DNA from: an uncultured Gemmatimonadaceae bacterium
Lineage (GTDB): Bacteria; Gemmatimonadota; Gemmatimonadetes; Gemmatimonadales; Gemmatimonadaceae
NCBI GenBank assembly: GCA_963716745.1
Contig: OY970320.1
Coordinates: 1,664,001 to 1,728,000, forward strand
DNA: 64,000 bases
Reading direction: 5' to 3'
Shown in pieces: positions 1 to 9,265 of the stretch; the first letter of the stretch is position 1, and each line of letters starts with the position of its first letter. The translations under genes and the position numbers were made by a program. Under the pieces are notes generated by a model, which was not told where the DNA came from, did no database searches, and saw only the letters and a program-made list of their open reading frames with translations.

Positions 1-1
1 C

Positions 2-631
2 GACCTGCTCGATCGCTCCGGGTTAGATCGAGGCGCCCTCCGCTCGCTCGCGGAGAGCGGCGCGCTCGACTGCTTCGTGCCGGATGAGCCGAATGCGCGG
101 CGGCGGCGCGCGGCGCTCTGGCGGATGCTCGAGGCGGAGCGCGGCGATGCGGGGCCGCTCGCGCCGGGACGGTACACGCTCGAAGTGCCGCCGCCGGTGC
201 CGGCGATGAGCGCCGCCGAGATCACCGCCGCCGATTACCGCATGACCGGCCTCTCGCTCAACGGGCATCCGCTGGAGCATCTGCGTCCGCTGCTCCACGA
301 GAACGGCGTGCTGAGCGCGCGCGAAGTGCTCGCGCTGCCCGATGCGACGCGCGGCGTGGGGACGGCCGGCCTCGTCATCTGCCGCCAGCGGCCGGGCACG
401 GCGAAAGGGTTCGTCTTCCTCACGCTGGAAGATGAGACCGGGCTCGTGAACGTGGTGGTCACGCCCAAGCGGTTCGAGCGGCAGGCGCTGATGATCTCGC
501 GCGCGCCGCTCATCCTCGTGCGCGGCACGCTGCAGGTGGAGCAAGGCGTGGTGAATCTGCGCGGCGAGACGTTCCGCGAGCTGAAACCGGGCGTCTCGCT
601 CGAAGGGTGGCGCGGGCACGACTTCCATTGA
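2..631 (+). CDS. dnaE2: Error-prone DNA polymerase III alpha subunit, C-terminal part (5' truncated by window)
   Basis: Frame open from base 2 (DLLDRSGL..LAESGALDCF). Contains DYRMTGLSLNGHP, OB-fold RQRPGTAKGFVFLTLEDETG and C-terminal HDFH, similar to the DnaE2 SRDFH tail. Confidence 0.9.
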   Translation, partial: DLLDRSGLDRGALRSLAESGALDCFVPDEPNARRRRAALWRMLEAERGDAGPLAPGRYTLEVPPPVPAMSAAEITAADYRMTGLSLNGHPLEHLRPLLHENGVLSAREVLALPDATRGVGTAGLVICRQRPGTAKGFVFLTLEDETGLVNVVVTPKRFERQALMISRAPLILVRGTLQVEQGVVNLRGETFRELKPGVSLEGWRGHDFH

Positions 632-713
632 GCCGCGGTTCGGGGCCTGTGCGCCATGCACACGCGGCGGCCTCCGGGGTAATATTCACCATGTCCCGTT
701 CCGGAGACCCACG

Positions 714-1250
714 ATGACACGCCCAACGAAGTTCTTGGCTGCGCTCCTGTCGGGCGCGGCGATCGCCGTGTTCACGGTCGCGGCGCAATCGGATTCCGCG
801 CCACGCATCACCGACGTGATGTCGCAGTCGGAGATGCGCGAGACGGGCGTCGCGTCGCTCACACCGGCGCAGCGCGCCGCGTTGGATGCGTGGCTCGCGC
901 GGTACACCGGCATCGTCGAGCGCGCGGCATCGCACGGCGCGCAGGCGGGCGCGCCGGAGGCCGTCGCCGCGGGCGACCCGAACGGCGGCGTCTCCTACTC
1001 GGGTCCGCCGAGCGCCGAGTATGGCAGCCGGATCACCGAGGTGCGCGACGGCGGCGGCTACGTGAAGCTCGCGGACGGCACGGTGTGGGAAGTGCTGCTT
1101 GCGAAGCGCCCCGAGGCCGACACATGGAAAGTGGGCGACTACCTGCTGGTGAGCGCGCGCGCGGTGGCGCTGGATGGCGACTACTACTTCGAGCTCATCA
1201 ACGGCCGCAGCGGGCACGGCGTGGCGGTGAAGTTCAAGGGGAAGGAATAG
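714..1250 (+). CDS. Secreted hypothetical protein
   Basis: Signal peptide (..TVAA-Q); helical MSQSEMRETGVASLTPAQRAALDAWL segment followed by a beta-rich domain; GGAG RBS. Confidence 0.75.
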   Translation: MTRPTKFLAALLSGAAIAVFTVAAQSDSAPRITDVMSQSEMRETGVASLTPAQRAALDAWLARYTGIVERAASHGAQAGAPEAVAAGDPNGGVSYSGPPSAEYGSRITEVRDGGGYVKLADGTVWEVLLAKRPEADTWKVGDYLLVSARAVALDGDYYFELINGRSGHGVAVKFKGKE

Positions 1251-1251
1251 T

Positions 1252-3111
1252 TCATCCGGCGGTGCGCGCCGGGGTGGCTTCGCCCGGCACCGTGAAATCC
1301 TCCCCCGGATTGATGAACTCGTCCTTCTCCGCACCGTACTGCTTCTCGTAGAGCTGCTTGTAGCGCCCGCGCAGCGCGAGGAGCTCCGGCTGCGTGCCGC
1401 GCTCGACGATGCGGCCCCCCTCGAGCACCAGGATCTGATCGGCGCTCGCGATGGTCGAGAGGCGATGCGCGATCACGAACGTCGTGCGCCCCTGACGCAA
1501 CGTGCGCAGCCCATCGCGGATCAGCTCCTCACTCTCGCTGTCGAGACTCGATGTGGCCTCGTCGAGGATCAGGATGCTCGGATCGGCGAGGATCGCGCGC
1601 GCGATCGCGACGCGCTGGCGCTGGCCACCCGACAGCCGCACGCCGCGTTCGCCGACGACGGTCTCGTAGCCCTGCGCGAAGCCGTTCACGAATTCGTCGC
1701 AGTGCGCGACGCGCGCCGCTTCGCGCACTTCATCCAGGCTCGCGCCGGGCTTCGAGAAGGCGATGTTGTCGGCGACGGTGCCGTCGAACAGGAAATTGTC
1801 CTGCATGACCACGCCGAGGTGCGCGCGGTACTCGCGCAGCTTGAGCGTCGCGAGATCGCGGCCATCCATGAGGATCCGCCCGGAGCGCGGACGGTTGAAC
1901 GCCATGATGAGCCCGATCAGCGTGCTCTTCCCCGACCCGCTCGAGCCGACGAGCGCCGTCGTCGAGCCCGCCTCGGCGTGGAACGAGACATCGTCGAGCA
2001 CCGTGACGCCGGGATTGTACTCGAAGCTCACGTGCTCGAACGTGACGTCGCCGCGGAGTTCCGGGAGATGCTCGTGGTCGCGGTCCTGCTCGTCCTCGGT
2101 GACCATCTGCCGGATCTCGCGGATGCGGTCGAGGCCGGCGAATGCTTCCGTGAATTGCGTGCCGATCGACGCGAGCTGCACCATCGGCGCGATCAGCATC
2201 CCGACGAACACGGTGTACATGAACAAGTCGCCGAGCGTCATCGTGCCCTCGAGCACGTCCCGCCCCGCGACGAGGATCATCAGCACGCCGATGATGCCCG
2301 CCACCACAGTGCCGAAGGTCGTGACGGTGGCGACGCCGGTGAGCGACGCCGCGATGTTCCGGAACAGCTTGTGCGCGCCGCGGGCGAATGTCGTTTGTTC
2401 GCGCCGCTCCGCCACGTAGGTCTTCACGATCCGCACGCCGCCGAGCGCTTGCGCGAGCCGCCCTGTGATCTCCGCGGTGATCGCGCCGCGCTCCCGAAAC
2501 AGCGGCCGCAGACGGCTGAACGCCACGGCCATGCCACCACCGAAGATCACGAGGATCAGCAGCGTGAGCGAGGTCAGCTGCCAGTTGATCCAGAAGAGCA
2601 CGCCGAGCGCCACGACGGCGGTGATCGTGCTGCCGACAAGCTGGACCAGCCCGGTGCCGACCAGATTCCGGATCCCTTCCGCATCAGTCATGATGCGCGA
2701 GATGAGCACGCCGCTCTGCGTGGTATCGAAGAAGGCGACTGGCAGGCGCAGCACGTGCGCCTGCACACGCTTCCGCATGTCGGTGATCGCCCGTTGCGCG
2801 GCGACGCTCATCACCTGAGTGAGCGTAAAGCTCGTCGCGGCCTGCACGAGCGTCGCTCCCGCGACCGCGAGCGCGATCCACTTGAGCAGGTCGGGACGAT
2901 GTTTCCCGATGACCGTGTCGATCAGGAATTTCGTGCTCGACGGGAGCACGAAGGCGGCGGCGCTGTTCACGAGCACCAGGAGGAGTCCCAGCGCCACCTT
3001 CCACCGGTGCGACCAGATGAGCTCGCGCGCTTCCTGCCACGCGTTGCTCATGTTGACCTTCTTCTTCGGCGCGCCCGGCGCGGGCGCGCCGGACACGTTC
3101 GGCGCGGTCAC
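1252..3111 (-). CDS. ABC exporter, fused permease/ATPase (MsbA/Sav1866-like)
   Basis: TM domain, Walker A GSSGSGKST, LSGGQRQR, ILDEATSSLD, IAHRLS. GTG start at 3111 overlaps the upstream stop (GTGA). Confidence 0.93.
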   Translation of the reverse strand: MTAPNVSGAPAPGAPKKKVNMSNAWQEARELIWSHRWKVALGLLLVLVNSAAAFVLPSSTKFLIDTVIGKHRPDLLKWIALAVAGATLVQAATSFTLTQVMSVAAQRAITDMRKRVQAHVLRLPVAFFDTTQSGVLISRIMTDAEGIRNLVGTGLVQLVGSTITAVVALGVLFWINWQLTSLTLLILVIFGGGMAVAFSRLRPLFRERGAITAEITGRLAQALGGVRIVKTYVAERREQTTFARGAHKLFRNIAASLTGVATVTTFGTVVAGIIGVLMILVAGRDVLEGTMTLGDLFMYTVFVGMLIAPMVQLASIGTQFTEAFAGLDRIREIRQMVTEDEQDRDHEHLPELRGDVTFEHVSFEYNPGVTVLDDVSFHAEAGSTTALVGSSGSGKSTLIGLIMAFNRPRSGRILMDGRDLATLKLREYRAHLGVVMQDNFLFDGTVADNIAFSKPGASLDEVREAARVAHCDEFVNGFAQGYETVVGERGVRLSGGQRQRVAIARAILADPSILILDEATSSLDSESEELIRDGLRTLRQGRTTFVIAHRLSTIASADQILVLEGGRIVERGTQPELLALRGRYKQLYEKQYGAEKDEFINPGEDFTVPGEATPARTAG

Positions 3112-3545
3112 TTCGCGGAGCGCTGTTTCTCGACCGACGCGACGAAGCGCGCGAGGGTCTTCTTCGCGTTCTCGCTGTTCGCCGCCACCCACTCGGCGTT
3201 CTGCAGGAACGGCCGTCCCGTCTCTTCGCGCAGCTGCTTCAGCCACGGCAGCGATTTGGCGTAGATGATGAGTCCCTCGCCCGCGTTCTCCATGAGGAAG
3301 TCGGCGTGGATGATGCCATGCTTCGCCATCCCGTACACCATCTCCCAGTACGTGGACGCCTGGCGGAACGCCTGGTTCTGCGGATGCGCCGTGCTCGTGG
3401 CGACGGTCTTGAGCTCGTCGAAGCTCTTGGGCAGGAACTGCGTCACCATCGTGGTGCGCGCCTCACGCAACGACGTTTCGCGGCGGAGATCGTACAGCCT
3501 GAGCAGCAGTTCGGCGTCGTGGTGGTCGGGATAATCCTTTGGCAT
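3108..3545 (-). CDS. Conserved hypothetical helical protein (possibly DUF4760-like)
   Basis: ATG at 3545 (MPKDYPDHHDAELLLRLYDLRRE); typical codon usage; coupled to the ABC gene. The family name is from recollection only. Confidence 0.7.
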   Translation of the reverse strand: MPKDYPDHHDAELLLRLYDLRRETSLREARTTMVTQFLPKSFDELKTVATSTAHPQNQAFRQASTYWEMVYGMAKHGIIHADFLMENAGEGLIIYAKSLPWLKQLREETGRPFLQNAEWVAANSENAKKTLARFVASVEKQRSAK

Positions 3546-3574
3546 GTCCGGTGTGCTGAGAGGATGGGGCTTGG

Positions 3575-4159
3575 TCACTTCTTGGCCCGATGCGCGAGCG
3601 CATCGGTCACCATGCGCGCGATGCGCGATTCGAGCTGGCCCGTCGTGGCGCAATGCGTGCGATTCGACGCGACGCCCTCGGGCACCGCGTAGCCGTTCAC
3701 CTGCGTCTTGATGCGCGAGACCTCCGCCGAATCGTTCATCACCTGGATCGAGAGCGACATCGTGATCTGCGATTGCTGGGCCACCGGGCCGAGCGCGCCC
3801 ATCCCGCAGTCGAGATAGTGCGAGATCTGGACGCCGCCGAGCTGACGCTGCAGCCGGAACGACGTGTTCGCGATGTAGCGCTCTTGATTGTTCACCGTGG
3901 CCGGTTCGACGCCCAGTTCGAGGAACACGCTCCGGACCACCGGCCACACGGAATCGGCCGGCGCGAGGATGGTAGCAATGACCACCTCGCGCGTCTCCAC
4001 CGTGGTCATGTCATACGAACTCGAGGGCGTCTTGAACTGCTGCGGTTGCACGACCAATGTCACCGTCGGCGCGGCGGAAGGACCGGAACCTCCGCCGCTC
4101 GCACATCCCGTCAGCGCGAGCGCCATGGCAAGGGCGCTCCCGATCGCGCGAGCTACCAC
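3575..4159 (-). CDS. Lipoprotein, paralog 1
   Basis: Lipobox LTG-C; shares YLDCG and HCAxTGQLE with the adjacent gene. Confidence 0.8.
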   Translation of the reverse strand: MVARAIGSALAMALALTGCASGGGSGPSAAPTVTLVVQPQQFKTPSSSYDMTTVETREVVIATILAPADSVWPVVRSVFLELGVEPATVNNQERYIANTSFRLQRQLGGVQISHYLDCGMGALGPVAQQSQITMSLSIQVMNDSAEVSRIKTQVNGYAVPEGVASNRTHCATTGQLESRIARMVTDALAHRAKK

Positions 4160-4160
4160 C

Positions 4161-4742
4161 TCACTTCCCCGCGCCGTGCTTCAACGCATTGCTCACCATG
4201 CGCGCCACTCGCGCCTCGAGCTGCCCCGTGCTGGCGCAATGCACCTTCTGCGCCTGCAGTCCGCGCTGCACCGCGTAGCCGTCCACTTGTGACTTGAGCG
4301 TCGAGGTCATGCTCGAATCCGGCACCACCTGCACGGTGAGCGACATCGTGATCTGTGAATTGCTGGCGACGTTGCCCGAAATGTTCGTGCCGCAGTCAAG
4401 ATACTTCGCGACGCCCACACCGCCGAGGGCGCCCTGCACGCGGAAGGAGGTGTTGGCCAGATAGTGCTGCGTCGGGTCGATGGTCTGCGGTTCGACGCCG
4501 AGGTCCAGGAAGATCGACCCCAGGACGCTCCACACCGAGTCGACGGGCGAGAGGATCGTGACCGTCATCACGTCCTTGGAATCGACCGTCGTGATAGGCG
4601 TGTTGGAGGCTTGGGCGCCGCCGGTGACGATCTGGCTCGAATTCACCTTCTGCGTCACATACGGCGCATCGCCCCCGCCCGTGCTCGCCGAAGCACACGC
4701 CGCCAGCGCCAATGCAACGACCGGAACGCTCATGCGATACAT
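4161..4742 (-). CDS. Lipoprotein, paralog 2
   Basis: AAGGAGG RBS before ATG 4742; lipobox LAA-C; same two-Cys motifs as paralog 1. Confidence 0.8.
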   Translation of the reverse strand: MYRMSVPVVALALAACASASTGGGDAPYVTQKVNSSQIVTGGAQASNTPITTVDSKDVMTVTILSPVDSVWSVLGSIFLDLGVEPQTIDPTQHYLANTSFRVQGALGGVGVAKYLDCGTNISGNVASNSQITMSLTVQVVPDSSMTSTLKSQVDGYAVQRGLQAQKVHCASTGQLEARVARMVSNALKHGAGK

Positions 4743-4818
4743 ACCAGCCTCCTTCCAGAAGTGATGCCGCCCGGGCATCGATTCAACGATGTAGCTCCGT
4801 CGCAACGCGGCGCAATGG

Positions 4819-6936
4819 CTATGGAACGCGCGCATCGCCTAGATAGCGCCCCAGCCAGCCCAGCACTTCGCCCCACCAGAAGCGCTGGTTCTGCGGCTTG
4901 AGGATCCAGTGTCCCTCGTCCGGGAATACGACGAGCCGCGACGGCACCCCCTGTCGCTGCAGCGCGCCGAACAGCGCGAGACTCTGCGTGTACGGCACGC
5001 GGAAATCCTGCTCTCCCGCGAGCACGAGCATCGGCGTATGGAAATCCTTCGCATACAGATGCGGCGACCACGTGCGGTACTGCGTCGACATCGCCAACGG
5101 GTCCCAGTATGGCGCCGTGAACTCCCATTCGGCGAACCAGTGCTCATCGGTCGCGCCCGCGAATGCCTCGAGGTCGAACACGCCGGCGTGTGAGACCAGC
5201 GCCTTGAACCGATCGTTGTGCCCGGCGATCCAGTCCACCATGTACCCGCCGTACGAGCCGCCGGCGGCGGCCGCGCGCGATCCATCGAGCCACGGGAATC
5301 GCACGAGCGCGGCATCCACTCCGTTCATTAAATCGGCGTACGCCGCGCCGCCCCACTCGTGCGAGACGCCGTCGACGAACTTCTGCCCGTAGCCCGGCGA
5401 GCCGCGCGGATTCACCAGCAGCACGCCATAACCGGGCGCCGCGAACAGCTCCGCGTTCCAGCGGCGGCTCCAACTGTCGAGCCATGGCACCTGCGGACCG
5501 CCGTGGATGAGCAGCACCACCGGATACGATGCGCCCGACGCCCACTGCGGCGGACGCACGAGCATCCCCTGCACGCTGTCGCCGCGCACGCTCTTGAACC
5601 AGTAATCCTCGGCCGGATACAGCCGCACCGCGGCGAGCAGCGAATCGTTCGCGTGCGTCACCGCGCGAAGTCCGGAGATCCCGCCCGCGCCGAGCGTCGC
5701 GACGTACGCATCCGGCGGGTGGTCGATCGCGTCGCGCAGCCACCCGATCGCGCGCCCGTTCCGGTCGATGGTCACCGAGGAATTGTTGCGCTCCGAGACG
5801 ATCGGCACCGGCGCGCCATCGGCGGCGGCCTTGCCGTTCGTAGCGTCGGCGAGCGCGACGCGGAAGATCTTCGTGCGCGCGGCATCCACCGCTTCGATCA
5901 GCAGCGACTTACCGTCGGGCGCGAACACGTAGCGGTCCGCGTCGCGGTCCCACTGCGGCAGCAGCTCGCGCGACAGCTTCGTCGCGCGATCGTACAACAT
6001 GATGCGCCAGTGATCGGACTCGAATCCGGCGCGCGCCTGCGACCGGTACGCGATGAGTCGGCCGTCGGGAGAATAGACGGGATTCTCATCGGCGCCGAGG
6101 TTCGCGGCCGTGATCACCACCGCCGTACCGCCCGCCGCCGGCACGGTGTACACGTTCACATCGGTGCTCCATGCGTCGGCGCGCCCCTGGTCCTTCGCGC
6201 TGTACGCGACCTCCTGGCCGTCCGGCGAGAACGCGTAGCCGTCGCTCGTGCCGTCGGGACCGGGCGGCACATCGTACGGCGCGTGCGCCGTGAGGTCGAG
6301 CGCCGCCGAGCCGTCGGCGCCGATCACGAACAGATGCTGCCGTGTGCCGTCGTCCCACGCCGTCCAATGCCGGTACATGAGCGCGTCGGCGACGTGCGCC
6401 TTCACCACGCTCGCGCCGCGCGTGCGTTCGCTCTCCGCGTTGCACGCGTCGGTGTCGCAGCTCGGCGTGACCGCCGAGGTGAACGCGATCCGGTTGCCGC
6501 CCGGCGACCAGACCGGCCCGCTCGCACCGCCGGCGAGCTTCGTCAGCTGCGTACGGTTCGCGCCCGACGCGTCCGCCACCCAGAGTTGTCCGCCCGAGAT
6601 GTATGCGATGCGCTTCCCGTCTGGTGACCAGCGCGCCTCCGATGCGTGCGCGGCCTCATCGGGGAACGCGCGCGCGGCCGGTTGATTCAACGCGCTCACA
6701 TAGCTCGTGGTGGTGCGCGAATTCGCCGCGAGGTCGGTGGTGGTGATCGCGTACAGCATGGACTCGCCATCCGGCGCGATCTGCGGATCGGACACCATTC
6801 TCACGGCGATCGCCTCCGCCACGGTGAGCGGATGCTTCGCGGGCGGCGCGGCGGCGGGCGCCTGCGCGCCCAGCCCGAACGCCACCGTCGCCGCCACGAT
6901 CGCGGCGTTGCCCGTGCTGCAGAACTGGATTCGCAT
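4819..6936 (-). CDS. Secreted S9 family peptidase (prolyl oligopeptidase/acylaminoacyl peptidase)
   Basis: Signal peptide, WSPDG propeller repeats, IHGGP, nucleophile GGSYGG, DFRVP, catalytic DEGH. Confidence 0.93.
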   Translation of the reverse strand: MRIQFCSTGNAAIVAATVAFGLGAQAPAAAPPAKHPLTVAEAIAVRMVSDPQIAPDGESMLYAITTTDLAANSRTTTSYVSALNQPAARAFPDEAAHASEARWSPDGKRIAYISGGQLWVADASGANRTQLTKLAGGASGPVWSPGGNRIAFTSAVTPSCDTDACNAESERTRGASVVKAHVADALMYRHWTAWDDGTRQHLFVIGADGSAALDLTAHAPYDVPPGPDGTSDGYAFSPDGQEVAYSAKDQGRADAWSTDVNVYTVPAAGGTAVVITAANLGADENPVYSPDGRLIAYRSQARAGFESDHWRIMLYDRATKLSRELLPQWDRDADRYVFAPDGKSLLIEAVDAARTKIFRVALADATNGKAAADGAPVPIVSERNNSSVTIDRNGRAIGWLRDAIDHPPDAYVATLGAGGISGLRAVTHANDSLLAAVRLYPAEDYWFKSVRGDSVQGMLVRPPQWASGASYPVVLLIHGGPQVPWLDSWSRRWNAELFAAPGYGVLLVNPRGSPGYGQKFVDGVSHEWGGAAYADLMNGVDAALVRFPWLDGSRAAAAGGSYGGYMVDWIAGHNDRFKALVSHAGVFDLEAFAGATDEHWFAEWEFTAPYWDPLAMSTQYRTWSPHLYAKDFHTPMLVLAGEQDFRVPYTQSLALFGALQRQGVPSRLVVFPDEGHWILKPQNQRFWWGEVLGWLGRYLGDARVP

Positions 6937-6942
6937 CTGCTC

Positions 6943-7536
6943 CTAGGCTTGAGTGCCGAGCGCCGCGAGCGCCGCGAGCGCCGCGGGCTCATCGACATCC
7001 ACCGGCGCCGCGACCGCCACGTCCACGATCGTCACGCGCCGCTCGTCGCGTTCGATCACCGCCCGCGCGCCGACGTCGCCGCGCAGCGCGCGCAATTCCG
7101 CGAACACGTCGGCCGCGAACAGCACCGGATGGCCGCGCACCCCTCCAGTGTAACGGGGCGCCACGATCGACGCGCCTCCCGCGCGCCAAGCCGCGAGCAC
7201 CGCGGCATACGCCGCCGGCGGGACGAGCGGCTGATCGCCGAGCACGACGAGCACCGCCTCGGTGTCCGGCTCGCACGCCTCCACGCCGGCCGCGAGCGAC
7301 GCGCTCATGCCCGCCGCCGCATTGGCGTTCACGACGACACGCACCGGCAGGTCCGCGAGCGCCGCCCTGATCGCCGCCGCGTCCGCTCCCGTCACCACGA
7401 TGGTCTCGTCCATCCCCGCGTGGAGCGCCCGCAACACCGCGCTGCGCACGACGGTCATGCCGCCGAGCGGCGCGAGCAGCTTCTGCGCGCCGAACCGCGT
7501 CGACGCGCCCGCCGCCAGCACGATCGCCGCGATCAC
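6943..7536 (-). CDS. mocA: Molybdenum cofactor cytidylyltransferase-like nucleotidyltransferase
   Basis: LAAGASTRFG..KLL, GMSASL, LGDQP, GHPVLF, GDVGAR, DVD; adjacent to xdhC. Confidence 0.85.
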   Translation of the reverse strand: MIAAIVLAAGASTRFGAQKLLAPLGGMTVVRSAVLRALHAGMDETIVVTGADAAAIRAALADLPVRVVVNANAAAGMSASLAAGVEACEPDTEAVLVVLGDQPLVPPAAYAAVLAAWRAGGASIVAPRYTGGVRGHPVLFAADVFAELRALRGDVGARAVIERDERRVTIVDVAVAAPVDVDEPAALAALAALGTQA

Positions 7537-8627
7537 GCTCGCGCGCTCAACGGCGCGCCGCTCCGGCCGTTGCGCACCAGCAGGATCTCGGCGGCGGTCG
7601 CGAGCGCGATCTCGGCCGCGGTCTCGGCGCCGAGATCGAGCCCCACGGGCACATGCACCCGCGCGAGCTCATCGGGCGCGTAGCCCTCCTGCGCGAGGAA
7701 TTCGAGCACCGCGCGCCCGCGCTTGCGGCTGCCGAGCAGTCCGATGTAGGCGGGATCGCGTCGCAGCAATTCCCGCAGCACCGGGACTTCGAACTTGTAA
7801 TCGTGCGCCGTGAGCACGACCGCGGTACTCCGGTCGTACGTGAGCGATGCCGCGATGTCGCCGAGGATGCCGGTGCGGATCTCGTCAGCGTCGGGGAAGC
7901 GGTCGCGCGTCGCATACCGCTCGCGCGCATCCACGAGCAGTGTGCGCCAGCCCAGCGTGTGCGCGATCGCGATGAGCGGGATCGCGACGTGCCCGGCGCC
8001 GAAGACGATGAGCGAACTCGGCGGCGCGTGGAGTTCGAGGAAATAGCGCTCCTTCGCGTCGCCGAGCTCGGCAATGCGCGACGTACCGTCCTGTGTGGCC
8101 AGAGCGCCCGCGGCGGCCGCCTCCGCATCGCGCGCCGCGCTGCCCGTCGTGCCGTGATGGGAACCATCCTCGCTCACGACGAGTCGCGCGACGACCCCCG
8201 CGAGCGGCGCGACGATCACCGCGCGATGTCCCGCGGCGCGCGCGGCCTGCGCGGCGCCGTACGCCCGCACCACCGGATCATCGGGATCGGCGAGCGATAC
8301 GGGCTCGATCATCACTTCGACTTCGCCGCCGCACGTGAAGCCGATCTCCCAGCCTTCGGCATCGCTCAGTGACATCGCGAGGAGTCGCGGCGAATCGCCG
8401 GCGAGAACCGCCTCGCTCTCCTCGACGACACGCGCGTCGATGCAGCCGCCGATGGTCATCGCGCCGAGGATGCGGCCGCCCTCGCCGACCCACATCTTCG
8501 CGCCCTCCTTGCGGGGTGTGACACCCTTCGCGGCCACGAGCGTCGCCATCGCCACCCGGTGCTCGGTGGCGCGCATGGCATCGAGCTGCGCGAAGGTCTC
8601 GCGCAGGGCGTCGCGGGCGGGGCTCAT
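7533..8627 (-). CDS. xdhC: XdhC/CoxF family molybdoenzyme accessory protein
   Basis: TPRKEGAKM, GGCID, CGG, FGAGHVA, YIGLLGS, PVGLDLGAET. Confidence 0.9.
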   Translation of the reverse strand: MSPARDALRETFAQLDAMRATEHRVAMATLVAAKGVTPRKEGAKMWVGEGGRILGAMTIGGCIDARVVEESEAVLAGDSPRLLAMSLSDAEGWEIGFTCGGEVEVMIEPVSLADPDDPVVRAYGAAQAARAAGHRAVIVAPLAGVVARLVVSEDGSHHGTTGSAARDAEAAAAGALATQDGTSRIAELGDAKERYFLELHAPPSSLIVFGAGHVAIPLIAIAHTLGWRTLLVDARERYATRDRFPDADEIRTGILGDIAASLTYDRSTAVVLTAHDYKFEVPVLRELLRRDPAYIGLLGSRKRGRAVLEFLAQEGYAPDELARVHVPVGLDLGAETAAEIALATAAEILLVRNGRSGAPLSARA

Positions 8628-8753
8628 CGGCGCGCTGGCATGTCGATTCGGACATTGCCCGGGGGGCCGCCGCGCGTCAAGCGCGGCGCTGGACTCCGCG
8701 CGCGCGATGCGACATTCTCCCCATACCGTTCACCGCAAAGCACGGAGACCGCC

Positions 8754-9263
8754 ATGCAGTTGATCTTCATTCGCCACGCGATCGCCGAGGACCAGAAGGA
8801 GTTCGCGCTCACGGGTCGGCCCGATGCGCAGCGCCCGCTCACGGACGATGGGATCGAGAAGATGAAGCGCGGCGTGAAGGGGCTGCGTGAAGTCGTGCCG
8901 GAGATCAACCTCATCGCGACAAGTCCGTACGTGCGCGCCGTGGAGACGGCCAAGATCGTCGGGAGCGCGTACAAGGATCCGAAGACGGTGATCATCCACG
9001 AGCTCGTCCCCACCGAGAGCGGCGAGAAGTTCGCGGCGTGGGCGCGCGAGGTGAAGGGCGTGCCAGTGGTGGCGGTCGTCGGTCACGAACCGCATCTGAG
9101 CGAAGTCGCGAGCTGGCTGCTCACCGGACAGCCGCGCTCGGTGATCGATTTCAAGAAGGGCGCGGCGCTCGCGATGGAATTCGAGGGCATGCCGGCCGCC
9201 GGCACCGGCGTGCTCCTCTGGGCGCTGACGCCGCGGCAAATGCGCCGTCTCGCCGTGAAATAG
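8754..9263 (+). CDS. sixA: Phosphohistidine phosphatase SixA
   Basis: RHAIAE, RPLT, SPYVRAVETA, VGHEP; ATG at 8754 with GGAG RBS. Confidence 0.9.
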   Translation: MQLIFIRHAIAEDQKEFALTGRPDAQRPLTDDGIEKMKRGVKGLREVVPEINLIATSPYVRAVETAKIVGSAYKDPKTVIIHELVPTESGEKFAAWAREVKGVPVVAVVGHEPHLSEVASWLLTGQPRSVIDFKKGAALAMEFEGMPAAGTGVLLWALTPRQMRRLAVK

Positions 9264-9265
9264 TC

